Assembly: GCA_963695545.1 (NCBI GenBank)
Contig: OY968796.1
Coordinates: forward strand, 352,001-416,000
Length of the DNA stretch: 64,000 nt
Source of the DNA: Terriglobia bacterium
GTDB taxonomy: Bacteria > Acidobacteriota > Terriglobia > Acidiferrales > UBA7541
Reading direction: 5' to 3'
Of the stretch, positions 19,782-30,387 are shown piece by piece. The number at the start of each line of letters is the position of its first letter. Positions within the stretch are counted from its first letter, which is position 1. The position numbers and the translations under genes were made by a program. The notes under the pieces were generated by a model. It was not told the origin of the DNA and did not search any database. It saw nothing but the letters and a program-made list of their open reading frames with translations.

Positions 19782-20219
19782 CTAACTCGAAAGCTCAACC
19801 AGCGCAGTTGCCCCGGATTCGTCGCCCATCTCGGAGATGGTGACGTTGCGTAGGACCTGCAGAATGCTCTCGTTCACGCGCCGCAACGGTTCGCGCACCG
19901 TGCACTTCGTCGTCTGTCCGCACTCTCCATGCGAAGTCACACACGACGTGATGCGCAATGGCCCGTCGATCGCGTCAATCACTTCAAACGCGGTGATCTC
20001 TTTCGGATCGCGCGCCAATTGATAGCCGCCGCCGGATCCGTGCCGCGACGTCACCAGTCCTTCGCGCGCCAGGCGCTGCAGCACTTTCGCCAGCAGCGGC
20101 GCCGATATACAGTAGACTTCGGCGATGTCCGCGGCGCTGCACGAACCCGTCGCGCCGAACGCGGCGAGATGCTTCACGGCAATCAGTCCGTAGTCGGCTT
20201 TTTTGGTTAGCTTCAACAT
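19782..20219 (-). CDS. iscR: Rrf2-family regulator, IscR-like
   Basis: [16 protein letters not shown]-x6-C-x5-C ([14 protein letters not shown]); heads isc operon. Confidence 0.82.
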   Translation of the reverse strand: MLKLTKKADYGLIAVKHLAAFGATGSCSAADIAEVYCISAPLLAKVLQRLAREGLVTSRHGSGGGYQLARDPKEITAFEVIDAIDGPLRITSCVTSHGECGQTTKCTVREPLRRVNESILQVLRNVTISEMGDESGATALVELSS

Positions 20220-20230
20220 TTACGCGCGCC

Positions 20231-20262
20231 GCGACCGATATACGACACTTTCGGTCGCAATT
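20231..20262. promoter_or_regulatory. Putative Rrf2/IscR operator overlapping the isc transcription start
   Basis: ATATACGACACTTTCGGTCGCAATT (20238-20262) has the ATA..GAC-N7-GTC layout of IscR type-1 sites; an 8-bp inverted repeat gcgaccga/tcggtcgc is also present. Confidence 0.55.
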
Positions 20263-20264
20263 GA

Positions 20265-20294
20265 AGTTTACAGCGCGCCATTCGCTCCTGTCAA
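20265..20294 (-). promoter_or_regulatory. Sigma-70 promoter of the isc operon
   Basis: TTGACA-N18-TAAACT on the minus strand. Confidence 0.6.
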
Positions 20295-20557
20295 GGCCGA
20301 ACTTTGCATCGAAATGCCGGCAACTGCCGCCTTCTGAACCACTTGCAATCCGACCATTTCGGTCCTGATTGAGTGCGGGAATCAGCATCGAATGGTAGAG
20401 ATCCAGAACTGAATGGCGCAAAAACAGGCCCGAATTGAAACGCCGTCCAGCCCGCACAATCAACCGGCTAGAGCCATTGTCGAACGCGCCGCAGGGGATT
20501 TCCGCCGTCGCGAGCGCGTCTGTAGGTTAAAATATTATGGGTTCCGAAAACGACGCG

Positions 20558-21034
20558 ATGAAACTAGCTATCTATCCCGGCTCGTTCGATCCGGTGACCA
20601 ACGGCCATCTCGACCTTGTCGAACGAGGCAGCAAGCTCTTCGACCGCCTGGTGGTGGCCGTGTTGCGCAACCTCGACAAGGAGCCGTTGTTCTCGCTCAC
20701 CGAACGCGTCGAAATGCTGCGCGACGCAACGAGCGGAAAAGCCAATGTCGAGGTGGATGTGTTCGATGGGCTGCTCGTCGAGTACGTTCGGCAGCGCAAG
20801 GCCAACGTGATTCTGCGCGGCATCCGCGCGATTTCGGATTACGAATACGAGCTGCAAATGGCCATGATGAATCGCAAAATCGAGCCGACTATCGAGACTG
20901 TTTTCATGATGCCGGCCGAGCCGTACAGTTATTTGAGCGCGCACCTGGTGCGCGAGATCGCGCGCCTGGGCGGACCGCTCGATGGATTGATTCCGGCGGC
21001 CGTCGAAAAGCGCTTGCGAGCGAAATTTTCCTGA
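20558..21034 (+). CDS. coaD: Phosphopantetheine adenylyltransferase
   Basis: AIYPGSFDPVTNGHLD, RGIRAISDYEYE; alternative ATG at 20537. Confidence 0.96.
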   Translation: MKLAIYPGSFDPVTNGHLDLVERGSKLFDRLVVAVLRNLDKEPLFSLTERVEMLRDATSGKANVEVDVFDGLLVEYVRQRKANVILRGIRAISDYEYELQMAMMNRKIEPTIETVFMMPAEPYSYLSAHLVREIARLGGPLDGLIPAAVEKRLRAKFS

Positions 21035-21050
21035 TCGGAGAAGCCTCGAA

Positions 21051-22232
21051 ATGAAATTCACGGATCGCGTCAATCGAATTTCTGTTTCGCCGACGATGGC
21101 GGTGCTCATGGAGGCCGAGAAGCTCAAGGTCCGCGGCGTCGACGTCGTGGACTTCGGTCCCGGCGAGCCGGATTTCCCGACGCCAGAGCGCATCAAGCAG
21201 GCGGCCATTCGCGCCCTCGCCGAGAATCGCACCAAGTACACGGCGACCGCCGGCATCGCGCCGTTGCGCGAAGCCATCTGCCGCTGGCACGCCGCGCAAT
21301 TCGCGACGAAATATCAACCGGCGCAGTGCGTGGTGACTTCCGGCGGCAAGCATGCGATCTACGAAACCGTCGGCGCCCTCATCGACACCGGCGATGAAGT
21401 CGTGATCCCCGCACCGTATTGGGTGAGCTTTCCCGACATCGTGAAGCTCGCAGGCGGCACGCCCGTGTTTGTGCCCACCGAAGCGGCCGACGGATTCCGC
21501 CTGCGCGCCGCGCAGATCGAAGCGGCCCTCACGCCGCGCACGCGCATGGTCATCGTGAATTCGCCATGCAATCCCACCGGCGCAGTGGTGCCCAACGATG
21601 AATTCGCGCGAATCGCCGCGTTGTGCGCCGCTCGCGACATCTGGCTGATGAGCGATGAATGCTATTCGCATTTTCTCTACGATGGCGCGAAACCCTTTTC
21701 GATCGGCAGCCGGCCCGAAGCGGGCGAGAAAACCGTTATCATCGGCTCGCTTTCAAAAACTTTCGCGATGACCGGCTGGCGCGTGGGCTACGCGCTGGCT
21801 CCTGAACCGCTGATCGCGGCCATCGTGAAGCAACAGAGCCAATCGACCTCGAACGTCACTTCGATCGCGCAATACGCGGCGCTCGCGGCGCTCGAAGGAC
21901 CGATGGAATCCGTCGGCATCATGCTCGCGGAATACGCGCGCCGGCGCGCGCGCATCTACGCCGGCTTGAACGAGCTGCCCGGCGTAACCTGCACGGAACC
22001 GAGGGGCGCGTTCTACGCGTTTCCAAGCGTGGCGGCGCGCGACGGCAGCTTGGCCGACACCACGGCGGTGGCCAAAGCGTTGCTCGAGCGCGAACACGTC
22101 GCCGTGGTTCCCGGCGCGGCGTTCGGTGCGCCCGGCTTCCTGCGATTTTCTTACGCCACGTCGATGGAGCGCATCGACGAGGGCCTGCGGCGCCTCGCGC
22201 ATTTCTTTTCCGCAGCGGCTTCGGCTTCGTGA
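21051..22232 (+). CDS. Class I/II PLP-dependent aminotransferase (aspartate aminotransferase-like)
   Basis: GEPDF, NSPCNPTG, DECY, SLSKTFAMTGWRVG. Confidence 0.92.
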   Translation: MKFTDRVNRISVSPTMAVLMEAEKLKVRGVDVVDFGPGEPDFPTPERIKQAAIRALAENRTKYTATAGIAPLREAICRWHAAQFATKYQPAQCVVTSGGKHAIYETVGALIDTGDEVVIPAPYWVSFPDIVKLAGGTPVFVPTEAADGFRLRAAQIEAALTPRTRMVIVNSPCNPTGAVVPNDEFARIAALCAARDIWLMSDECYSHFLYDGAKPFSIGSRPEAGEKTVIIGSLSKTFAMTGWRVGYALAPEPLIAAIVKQQSQSTSNVTSIAQYAALAALEGPMESVGIMLAEYARRRARIYAGLNELPGVTCTEPRGAFYAFPSVAARDGSLADTTAVAKALLEREHVAVVPGAAFGAPGFLRFSYATSMERIDEGLRRLAHFFSAAASAS

Positions 22233-23371
22233 ACGTCGCGCCCGCGCTCCTCGAGCCGCTGCGCGTGGCGCGCATTTGGGGCGCGCAATCGCTCGCGCCG
22301 CTCTATCCGGACTCGGAGCGATTTATCGGCCGCGTCGGCGAGGTCTGGTTGACCGGCGAAACCTGCCGTTTCGCAATCGGACCGTTCGCAGGACAAACGC
22401 TCGGCGAGGCCTGGCCGCAGATGCCGGCCGAATGGACCGGAACGCGGCTGACCGAGCGACCCGGAATTCCACTCCTCGCGAAATTTATTTTCCCCGGCGA
22501 TAAACTCTCCGTGCAGGTGCATCCCGACGATGCGTACGCGCAAGAGCACGAGAGCGCGGCCGGCGGCGTGGGCAAGACGGAGATGTGGTACGTGGCCGCG
22601 GCGTCCGCTGGAGCGAAAGTCCTTCTCGGCCTCGGAGTGAACGTCACGCGGCAAAAATTCATGCGCTCCCTTTCCGACGGCACCACGGAGCAGTGCCTGG
22701 AAGCGATTCCGGTCCGCGCGGGCGATTCGATCTTCGTTCCCGCCGGCACGGTGCACGCCATCGGGCCGGGCGTCATACTCTACGAAATGCAGCAATATTC
22801 GGATCTCACTTACCGGGTGTTCGATTACAACCGCTTCGGCGCCGGCGGTATATCGCGCGAGCTGCACGTGGAAAAAGCCATGGATGTGATGCGCTTCGGC
22901 CCTCCCGCCGCTGGCGAAGCGGCGCCGGGGGTCGTCGAGCCGATCGCGATTCAAGGCGGGCCCAACGCGGAGCGCCTTTTGCTTGTGGCCTGCCGCTACT
23001 TCGCCGTCGAGCGATGGAAGTTCAGCGGTCGCGTCACGATCGAAACCTCGCCCGAACGATTCGAACTGCTGACGCCGCTTGAAGGAACCGGGCGCTTCTC
23101 GTTTCCCGGCGGTTTATCCGCGGACGTGAGCCGCGCGGCGCGCGCGGCGCATCCGCCGGACGTCGGCGCCAACGGCGCAGCGGAAGAATTCTCGTACGCA
23201 CCCGGACAAGCGTGGCTGATTCCGGCAGCGCTCGGAATCTACATCCTCGAGCCCTCCGCGCCCACGACCTTGCTGCGCGCCTACGTGCCGAATCTTGACG
23301 CGCTCGAACAGGAACTCGCGGGCGGAGACCGAACTGCGCGCGCTGCGCGCCCGCGCGGGACGCAACAATGA
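22229..23371 (+). CDS. manA: Mannose-6-phosphate isomerase, class I
   Basis: RIWG, PLLAKF, LSVQVHPDD, GKTEMWY, GTVHAIG, EMQQYSDLTYRVFDY. Confidence 0.9.
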   Translation: MNVAPALLEPLRVARIWGAQSLAPLYPDSERFIGRVGEVWLTGETCRFAIGPFAGQTLGEAWPQMPAEWTGTRLTERPGIPLLAKFIFPGDKLSVQVHPDDAYAQEHESAAGGVGKTEMWYVAAASAGAKVLLGLGVNVTRQKFMRSLSDGTTEQCLEAIPVRAGDSIFVPAGTVHAIGPGVILYEMQQYSDLTYRVFDYNRFGAGGISRELHVEKAMDVMRFGPPAAGEAAPGVVEPIAIQGGPNAERLLLVACRYFAVERWKFSGRVTIETSPERFELLTPLEGTGRFSFPGGLSADVSRAARAAHPPDVGANGAAEEFSYAPGQAWLIPAALGIYILEPSAPTTLLRAYVPNLDALEQELAGGDRTARAARPRGTQQ

Positions 23372-24498
23372 CCGTCGAACGTATCGAAGCGCACGCCGTA
23401 ATTCTTGCCGGCGGACGCGGCACGCGTTTCTGGCCGCGCAGCCGCACGCGCACGCCGAAACAATTGCTGAACATCGTCGGCGACACAACCATGCTCGAGC
23501 AAACTGTCGCGCGCCTCGCGCCGATATTCCTTCCTTCTCGCACGTGGGTGGTCACCAACACGGAGCAAGCTGCGGCCGTTCGCGCACAAATGCCGCGCGC
23601 CGCTCGCGCTCAAGTGCTCACGGAGCCTGCGGGCCGTAACACCGCCGCGGCCATCGGACTCGCGGCGGTGCACCTGTTGCATCGCGCGCACGGTCGAGAC
23701 GCGCTGATGGCCGTCCTGCCGGCCGATCACTACATCGCGCAGGCCGAACGCTATCGCCGCATCGTTCGTGCGGCGCTCGATGCGGCCGGCGCAAGCGGTG
23801 CACCCGGCCCTCCCGGCACACTTGTTGTTCTGGGCATTCCTCCAACGCGCCCGGAAACAGGCTTCGGTTACATCGAGCGCGGTGCGCGCGAGAAAACGGG
23901 CCGCGTGCCGATTTACGCCGTGCACAAGTTCACCGAAAAACCGGATGCCGTGCGCGCGCGGCGCTACGTGGCCTCAGGCCGATATTATTGGAACGCGGGA
24001 ATGTTTTTCTGGCGCGCGTCGACCTATCTCGCGCAGCTCAAACGATTCCTTCCAGCCACACACGATGCGTTGCTGCGCCTCGCCGAGACCATCGGCACGC
24101 GGCGCTACCGTGCCATGCTCGACAAAATTTATCCGCGTCTTCAAAACATTTCGGTGGACTACGCGGTTCTCGAGCCCGCCACGCGTGCGCGCGGCGCGGC
24201 CGGCGTGTCCGTAATCCCAGCTGAAGTCGGATGGAGCGATATCGGTTCGTGGGCCGCCGTTTACGAGTTGCTGGCGAAGAAATCTGGTGAAAATGTCGCC
24301 GCGGGAAAAATGTTCGCGCTCGATTCCGCCGGCAATTTTCTCTGGAGCCCGCACAAATTCATCGCTGCAATCGGACTCCATAATTTCGTCGTCGTCGAAA
24401 CTCCCGACGCGCTGCTCGTCTGCCCGCGCGAACGTTCGCAAGATGTTGCCAAGGTCGTGCGCTGGCTCGAAGAGCACAGGCTCCGCGAACTCCTCTAG
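23368..24498 (+). CDS. manC: Mannose-1-phosphate guanylyltransferase
   Basis: LAGGRGTRFWPRSR..PKQLL, EPAGRNTA, FTEKP, WSDIGSW. Confidence 0.93.
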   Translation: MTVERIEAHAVILAGGRGTRFWPRSRTRTPKQLLNIVGDTTMLEQTVARLAPIFLPSRTWVVTNTEQAAAVRAQMPRAARAQVLTEPAGRNTAAAIGLAAVHLLHRAHGRDALMAVLPADHYIAQAERYRRIVRAALDAAGASGAPGPPGTLVVLGIPPTRPETGFGYIERGAREKTGRVPIYAVHKFTEKPDAVRARRYVASGRYYWNAGMFFWRASTYLAQLKRFLPATHDALLRLAETIGTRRYRAMLDKIYPRLQNISVDYAVLEPATRARGAAGVSVIPAEVGWSDIGSWAAVYELLAKKSGENVAAGKMFALDSAGNFLWSPHKFIAAIGLHNFVVVETPDALLVCPRERSQDVAKVVRWLEEHRLRELL

Positions 24499-24625
24499 CA
24501 CGCCAGGCACGGCGCGCCGTGCCCGCCCAGGCTTCGAATGTCCCTCTGCGATTCTCCCTAACCGTTACGGGCGTCTGCCTCTCCGCCTTCTCGCCGCGCC
24601 CGCCATCGCATATACTTTTTCGATC

Positions 24626-26035
24626 GTGAGCGAAATACGATTCGGCACCGACGGCTGGCGCGGCGTGATCGCCGAGGATTTCACCGAAGCGAACGTGCGC
24701 CTGGTTGCCTACGCCATCGCGCGCTATTTCGTGCGCGAAACCGACGCGCGTCGCGGAGTGCTAGTCGGTCACGACACGCGATTCGGCTCCGAGCGATTCG
24801 CGCGCGTCGCCGCTGAAACTGTGGCCATGACCGGCACGCCGGTGTGGCTCACCGATCGCGCGTGTCCCTCGCCCGCAATTTCGTTGCTGGTGAAGCAGCG
24901 GCAGGCGGCCGGCGGAATCATGATCACCGCGAGCCACAATCCCTATCGCTGGAACGGCATCAAGATCAAAGCCAGCTACGGCAGTTCGGCGCGCCCCTCG
25001 ATGATCGCCGGAATCGAGCGCGAACTCGCGCCCGTGCTCGCAAGCGGCCTGCCAACGCTGCCTCCTCGCGCCGACCTCGTTCATTCGCTCGACGTGCGCA
25101 CTCCGTATCTCGATACCATTGAGAAGCTCGTCGATTGGGACCGCCTCGCCGCGGCCGGGCTGCGCTTCGTCGTCGACCCCATGCACGGCGCCGCGCGCGG
25201 CTTGCTCCGCGAACTTTTCGAGCGCCACGGAATCGCGTGCGATGAAATCCGCGGCACACGCGATCCATTATTCGGCGGCGCAAATCCCGAGCCGATCGAG
25301 CCGCACATCGAACCGTTGCGCAAAGCGGTGCTCGCAGGAGACTATGCCGCAGGTTTCGCGGCCGATGGCGATGGCGACCGTATCGGCGCCATCGATCGCA
25401 CCGGCGCGTTCATCACGCCGCATCAGATTTTCGCGCTGCTCTTCTGGCATTTGGCCGGCGCGCGCGGCCTCGCCGGCGACGTGGCCAAAACATTCTCCAC
25501 CACCAAGCTGATCGACAAAATCGCCGCGCGCTACGGCCGAAAAGTTTACGAAGCTCCCATCGGCTTCAAATACATTTGCGAGTTGATGTTGGAAAACGAA
25601 ATTCTGCTGGGCGGCGAAGAATCAGGCGGCATCGGCACAAAACTTTATTTGCCGGAGCGCGACGCTACGGTGATGGCGCTACTGCTCGCCGAACTCATGG
25701 CCTGGCACGGACAATCGCTCGGCGAACTCGTCGCGCGGCTGCACGCGGAATTTGGCGAGCATCACTACGGCCGCGTGGACCTCGATCTGCGCCCCGGCCA
25801 AAATCAATTGGCGATCGCGCATTTTGCCGGAGCGAAACTCAAGCGCGTTCTTGATTGGCCGATCACCCGCCGCGAAGATCTCGATGGCGTGAAAGCTTAT
25901 CTCGGGGAAATTGGATGGGTGATGGTGCGCGCGTCCGGCACGGAACCCGTCTTGCGCGTCTACGCCGAAACTTCCAGCGCCGCAGCCACGCGCGCAATTC
26001 TCGACGAAACCTGCGCGATCGTGCGCGCGCTGTAG
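24626..26035 (+). CDS. manB: Phosphoglucomutase/phosphomannomutase family protein
   Basis: FGTDGWRG, TASHNP, DGDGDR, GEESGG, RASGTEP; GTG start inferred. Confidence 0.9.
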   Translation: MSEIRFGTDGWRGVIAEDFTEANVRLVAYAIARYFVRETDARRGVLVGHDTRFGSERFARVAAETVAMTGTPVWLTDRACPSPAISLLVKQRQAAGGIMITASHNPYRWNGIKIKASYGSSARPSMIAGIERELAPVLASGLPTLPPRADLVHSLDVRTPYLDTIEKLVDWDRLAAAGLRFVVDPMHGAARGLLRELFERHGIACDEIRGTRDPLFGGANPEPIEPHIEPLRKAVLAGDYAAGFAADGDGDRIGAIDRTGAFITPHQIFALLFWHLAGARGLAGDVAKTFSTTKLIDKIAARYGRKVYEAPIGFKYICELMLENEILLGGEESGGIGTKLYLPERDATVMALLLAELMAWHGQSLGELVARLHAEFGEHHYGRVDLDLRPGQNQLAIAHFAGAKLKRVLDWPITRREDLDGVKAYLGEIGWVMVRASGTEPVLRVYAETSSAAATRAILDETCAIVRAL

Positions 26036-26039
26036 CGGC

Positions 26040-26495
26040 TCACGTTCCTTCCGCCGCTCCTTCTTCTTTTTTCGGCGCCGCCTCGCCCTGCACTTCGCCC
26101 AAAGACCGCGCAATCGCATCGAGCACGCCATTCACGAACGGCGCAGCCTCGTCTCCGGAAAATCGCTTGGCCAGCTCGATCGCTTCGTCGAGGACGACCT
26201 TCGGCGGCGTGGATGTGCGCGTCAACTCATACGCCGCAAGCCGCAAAATCGCGCGATCGATCACGGACATGCGCCCCACGCGCCAGTTGTCGGCGTGGCT
26301 TTCGATCAGCGCATCCAGACGCGCTGTGTCCGCCGCGGTGCCTTCAAACAATTGATTGGCGAATTCGCGCGTGGCCGCCTCCGCACGCGCGCCCTGCCAG
26401 AACGCAACTTCCAGTCGCGCCGGCTCCTCCCTGCCCAACTCCGATTGAAACAACATCTGCAATGCAAATTCGCGCGACTTGCTGCGAAGAGACAT
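26040..26495 (-). CDS. nusB: Transcription antitermination factor NusB
   Basis: RSKSREFALQMLF, DRAILR, EAIELAKRF, FVNGVLD; alternative GTG at 26516. Confidence 0.94.
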   Translation of the reverse strand: MSLRSKSREFALQMLFQSELGREEPARLEVAFWQGARAEAATREFANQLFEGTAADTARLDALIESHADNWRVGRMSVIDRAILRLAAYELTRTSTPPKVVLDEAIELAKRFSGDEAAPFVNGVLDAIARSLGEVQGEAAPKKEEGAAEGT

Positions 26496-26496
26496 T

Positions 26497-27030
26497 CTAG
26501 GAGCGCCGCTTGCCACGGCGAGGCGCCGCCGCGGCCGCAGGATGCGCGGATTTAAGTCCGCGAGAAAGATTCGCCATTTCTACGGCCGCCAGCGCGGCCT
26601 CCTGTCCTTTGTTCCCGCTCTTGAGCCCGGCGCGATCGATGGCTTGCTCGAGCGTGTCGCACGTGAGCACGCAAAAAATCACCGGAATGCCGGTGTCCAT
26701 CTGCGCGAGCTGCAATCCGCGCGCGACTTCCGAAGCCACGTGATCGAAGTGCGCGGTTTCGCCCCGCAGGATGCAGCCGATGGCGATAACCGCATCCGCG
26801 CGCCCGCCTTGCGCGATTTTTTTCGCCGCCAGCGGAATCTCAAACGAGCCCGGCACGCGGACGATTTCGATTTTCCCCTCGGGAGCTCCGGCCGCGCGCA
26901 ACGCATCGAGCGCTCCCGCGAGCAATCTCTCGGTGATAAAGCTATTGAAGCGCGCGACGACAATGCCGAAGCGCAGTCCGCCGGCCGCGGCCGAACCGCG
27001 GGTATCCCGAATGTGATTCGATTTAATCAT
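26497..27030 (-). CDS. ribH: 6,7-dimethyl-8-ribityllumazine synthase
   Basis: [30 protein letters not shown]. Confidence 0.96.
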   Translation of the reverse strand: MIKSNHIRDTRGSAAAGGLRFGIVVARFNSFITERLLAGALDALRAAGAPEGKIEIVRVPGSFEIPLAAKKIAQGGRADAVIAIGCILRGETAHFDHVASEVARGLQLAQMDTGIPVIFCVLTCDTLEQAIDRAGLKSGNKGQEAALAAVEMANLSRGLKSAHPAAAAAPRRGKRRS

Positions 27031-27809
27031 TTGCCACGAAAAACCGCCGGCCGCTTTTCAAGAAACGCGCGCGTGCCCTCGCGAAAATCTTCCGTGCCCG
27101 CCGAAAGCCCGAACAACGTGGCCTCCAGGAACAATCCTTCCTGCAGCGGCATGTCGGCGCCGCGCTCAATCGCTTCCATCGCGTAGCGCACGGCCAGCGG
27201 CGCATTCGACGCGAACTTGTTCGCCAGCGCCTCAGCCGCGGCCAGCAACTCGCCGGGCTCGTACACGTGATTGACAATCCCAGCGCGCAGCGCCTCTTCC
27301 GCCGAAATCGTTTGGCCCGCAAGACACATTTCGTGCGCCACGCCCTTGCCGCACAAGCGCGCGAGCCGCTGCGATCCCCCGTAGCCGGGAATCAATCCCA
27401 GCGTCACTTCCGGCTGTCCAAATCGCGCCGTGCGGCTAGCCAGCCTGATCGTGCAAGCCAGCGCCAATTCGCAGCCCCCGCCCAGCGCGAATCCATTCAC
27501 CGCCCCAATCGAAGGCTTGCCCAAATTTTCCAGCCGCGTAAACACACTCTGCCCGAATAGAGCCAGCTCGCGCCCATCAAGCGCCGTACAGCGCGCCAGC
27601 TCGTTGATGTCCGCGCCGGCCACGAATGCTTTCTCTCCCGCACCGGTCAGAATCAGCGCGCGCACGCCGTCATCGCGTCCCGCGATCGAAACCACATCAT
27701 CGAGCTCGCGCATCGTCGCGGAATCGAGCGCGTTCAGCACCTTCGGCCGATTGACGGTAATGAAACCGACCGCGCCTTTTTGTTCGTACAATAAATTCTC
27801 GTACATCAT
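27027..27809 (-). CDS. Enoyl-CoA hydratase/crotonase
   Basis: [34 protein letters not shown]. Confidence 0.92.
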   Translation of the reverse strand: MMYENLLYEQKGAVGFITVNRPKVLNALDSATMRELDDVVSIAGRDDGVRALILTGAGEKAFVAGADINELARCTALDGRELALFGQSVFTRLENLGKPSIGAVNGFALGGGCELALACTIRLASRTARFGQPEVTLGLIPGYGGSQRLARLCGKGVAHEMCLAGQTISAEEALRAGIVNHVYEPGELLAAAEALANKFASNAPLAVRYAMEAIERGADMPLQEGLFLEATLFGLSAGTEDFREGTRAFLEKRPAVFRGK

Positions 27810-27843
27810 GCGTTCCGCTCTCCGATTCGCCCCGGCGCGCGCA

Positions 27844-30387
27844 TCAATATTCTCCCGCCGCCAGCGTGACGGTCGTGTCTCCGCCCTGGCTGCGCGTTCG
27901 CTCCAAACCAATCTCGCCGCGGTTCATCAACTCGGTCACGATGTCTTCGCCGTCGTAATCCGGACGAATCGCCGCTTCGGCCACGGACGCCGAAACGCTT
28001 GACGCCGCGCCATCCCACGGCGGACGCAGCGCCGCCGCGGTCTTGCGCAATTTTTCAGCGAGCGTGTGCGCGCCTGTCGCGCGCGTATCCGGCAGAATGA
28101 ACGCCAGCGCCCACGACGTGTACTTCACCGCCAAATCGTTTTGCCGCACCTCAGCCTGGAACGCGCGCGCGACTTGCTCGAGGTAGCGCTCGAGTTGCGC
28201 TTCGCCGTGCTGCTGCAGCAATTCCTGGCCGTGGTCGAGCTGCACCAAAGCCAACGCCAGCGGAGTGCCCTGCGTACGCGCTCGCTGCACTTCGCGCAGC
28301 AAGCAATCCTGAAACGAACTGCGCCGAAGCAGCCCGGTTTTTTCGTCGGCCACGGCGAGATTGCGCATCATCGAACGCAGGCGCGTGTGATTCACACCCA
28401 GCAGCATCTGGTCGCCAACCGATTGCAGAAAATACGTTTCGTGCGGTCGCCAGGCATGCGGTGTAGCGAACGCCGCCAGAAGCATTCCGGCCGGCGTTTG
28501 AGATTCCGTGTCGGTCAGCACCACGCCAAGCACTGCCGCCAGACCCAGCTCCGCGAGAAGCGGCGAGACCGCTCCGGAAAGAGGCAGTCCTCCCATCGGA
28601 TCCGGCGCGGCGCGCTCGACCTGCGCGATTAAATGCACCACTTGAGCTCCGCTCGCGGGATCCACGCCCGGCCCGCAGAATTCCGCCGCCATCTGCGGTG
28701 GCTGGCCCGTCGCGCCGATCACGGCGATGCAACGCGTAGCGTGCAGGTAGTTGCCCACCTCGTTGACCACGGTGTTGAGCATCGCGCGCGCGCCCGATTG
28801 CCGCAGCAATTTTTGCGCGATTTCGGAAATGCGCGTCAAATCTCGCATGGTATCGCCCGAAGGAACCGTCACGGCTTCGGCCGCCACGCTCGGCGCCACG
28901 ATTTCCTCCGTGCCCGGACCTCCCGGCTGCCACTGCGCGAGCTGGCAAAGATTTCGCAAGCGCTCGTTGGTTTCGATCTCGTGAGGATACTGCGCGACAA
29001 TCTTTTCGAGGCGCTCCACAGCCTTTCCTCGCAAAGAATACTGAACGAAAATTTCCGCTTGCACGATCAGGTCTTCCAGCGCTTGCTCCGAAGATCCCTT
29101 CTCCGGCTCGGTCGGTTGCGTGCTGGCGGCCGCGCCCAAACGCGGCGTCGCGCTGCCGCCGGTGCCATGCGTGGCCCCGGCCTGCAATCGCGCGCGTATG
29201 CGGGCGATTGCACTGGCCGTAGTTTTGCCTTCGATCTTGGCCAGCCGCTCTTGATTGCGAAAGTCATACGCGTCCACGTCCACCATGCGCTCGAGCGTTT
29301 CGCACGCTCGCTCCATGTGGCCCGCTTCGACGTACAGATCGAATAGGCGTCCCAGCGCGTCGAAATATGTCGATTCGCGGTTCAACTCGCCGTAGAGTTT
29401 GCCGCGAAATTCCGCCAGCGCGATCGAGCGCGGATGCGCCTCAGCCAATTTGTCCACGTCCGCGGCAAATTCGTTTTCGCGGTGCGCGGCCCACATCGCG
29501 CTCTTCATCCCCGCGAGCACGTCGAGCGCGCCGTCGTCCTGCCCCGCCGCGAGGTATTGCGATACCACTTCCATCAAGTGCGCCGATCCCGCGGGATGCG
29601 TGCGCGCAAGCTCCTCAAATTCCGTTCGCGCGCGGTCCAGTTCGCCCGCCCGCATCAGCGCCGCACCGTAAATTTCAAGAAACGCCGCGTTGCGCTGCGT
29701 CGCGGCAAATGGTTCCAGCAGCGCCGCTGCCTCCGCCGCGCGCCCCTGCCCGAGCATGGCCTGCGCGTAAAGCAAAGCCACGCCCGGCTCCGCCGGCGCA
29801 AGCGCCTGCGCCCGCGCGAACCATTCGAGCGCCTGCTCCTGTTCGCCCGCCACCGCGGCAAGTTGTCCCGAGCGCAGGAATCCGCGCGCCGCCAGTGGCG
29901 CGTTCCCCAGTTGTTCTGCGAGTTCGCCCAGCGCGGCGTGCCGCGCCGGATTGTCCGTGTCCAGTTGCGCCATGCGGTCCAGACACGCCAGCGCGTAGTC
30001 CGTCTTGCCCGCCGCCAAAAATTTTTCCGAGGCCTGCACGTATTGCTCGAGCGCTTCGTCGTTGCGATTCTGCCGCTGCAACAGCACCGCGTAGCGCGCT
30101 ACGCGCTCGGCCGGCTGCGGCACGCTCTTTAGGAAACGCGAATAGAGCGCTAACGCCTTGCCCTCGTCGCCGGGATCCGTCGCGCGATCGAACAGCAACC
30201 CAAAATACGTGGCCGCGCGGTCGAATTGCCCCAGCCGCGCGTGCAAATCCCCCAGCGCCTGCAGCGCCTCGAGATGATTGGGCACCGCGTCGAGGACCAC
30301 TTGGTAGGCCTCGACGGCGTCGCCAAGCTTGTTCTTCTCGAGATAGCGCTTGGCGCGTTCGAGTTGCTTTTGGATATCTACTGCCAT
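27844..30387 (-). CDS. TPR-repeat protein with GAF-like domain and degenerate GGDEF domain
   Basis: N-terminal TPR arrays; DEKTGLL..R GGDEF-domain start; RQNDLAVKY-TSWAL in place of RxxD..R-GGDEF; start MAVDIQKQL at 30387. Confidence 0.8.
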   Translation of the reverse strand: MAVDIQKQLERAKRYLEKNKLGDAVEAYQVVLDAVPNHLEALQALGDLHARLGQFDRAATYFGLLFDRATDPGDEGKALALYSRFLKSVPQPAERVARYAVLLQRQNRNDEALEQYVQASEKFLAAGKTDYALACLDRMAQLDTDNPARHAALGELAEQLGNAPLAARGFLRSGQLAAVAGEQEQALEWFARAQALAPAEPGVALLYAQAMLGQGRAAEAAALLEPFAATQRNAAFLEIYGAALMRAGELDRARTEFEELARTHPAGSAHLMEVVSQYLAAGQDDGALDVLAGMKSAMWAAHRENEFAADVDKLAEAHPRSIALAEFRGKLYGELNRESTYFDALGRLFDLYVEAGHMERACETLERMVDVDAYDFRNQERLAKIEGKTTASAIARIRARLQAGATHGTGGSATPRLGAAASTQPTEPEKGSSEQALEDLIVQAEIFVQYSLRGKAVERLEKIVAQYPHEIETNERLRNLCQLAQWQPGGPGTEEIVAPSVAAEAVTVPSGDTMRDLTRISEIAQKLLRQSGARAMLNTVVNEVGNYLHATRCIAVIGATGQPPQMAAEFCGPGVDPASGAQVVHLIAQVERAAPDPMGGLPLSGAVSPLLAELGLAAVLGVVLTDTESQTPAGMLLAAFATPHAWRPHETYFLQSVGDQMLLGVNHTRLRSMMRNLAVADEKTGLLRRSSFQDCLLREVQRARTQGTPLALALVQLDHGQELLQQHGEAQLERYLEQVARAFQAEVRQNDLAVKYTSWALAFILPDTRATGAHTLAEKLRKTAAALRPPWDGAASSVSASVAEAAIRPDYDGEDIVTELMNRGEIGLERTRSQGGDTTVTLAAGEY

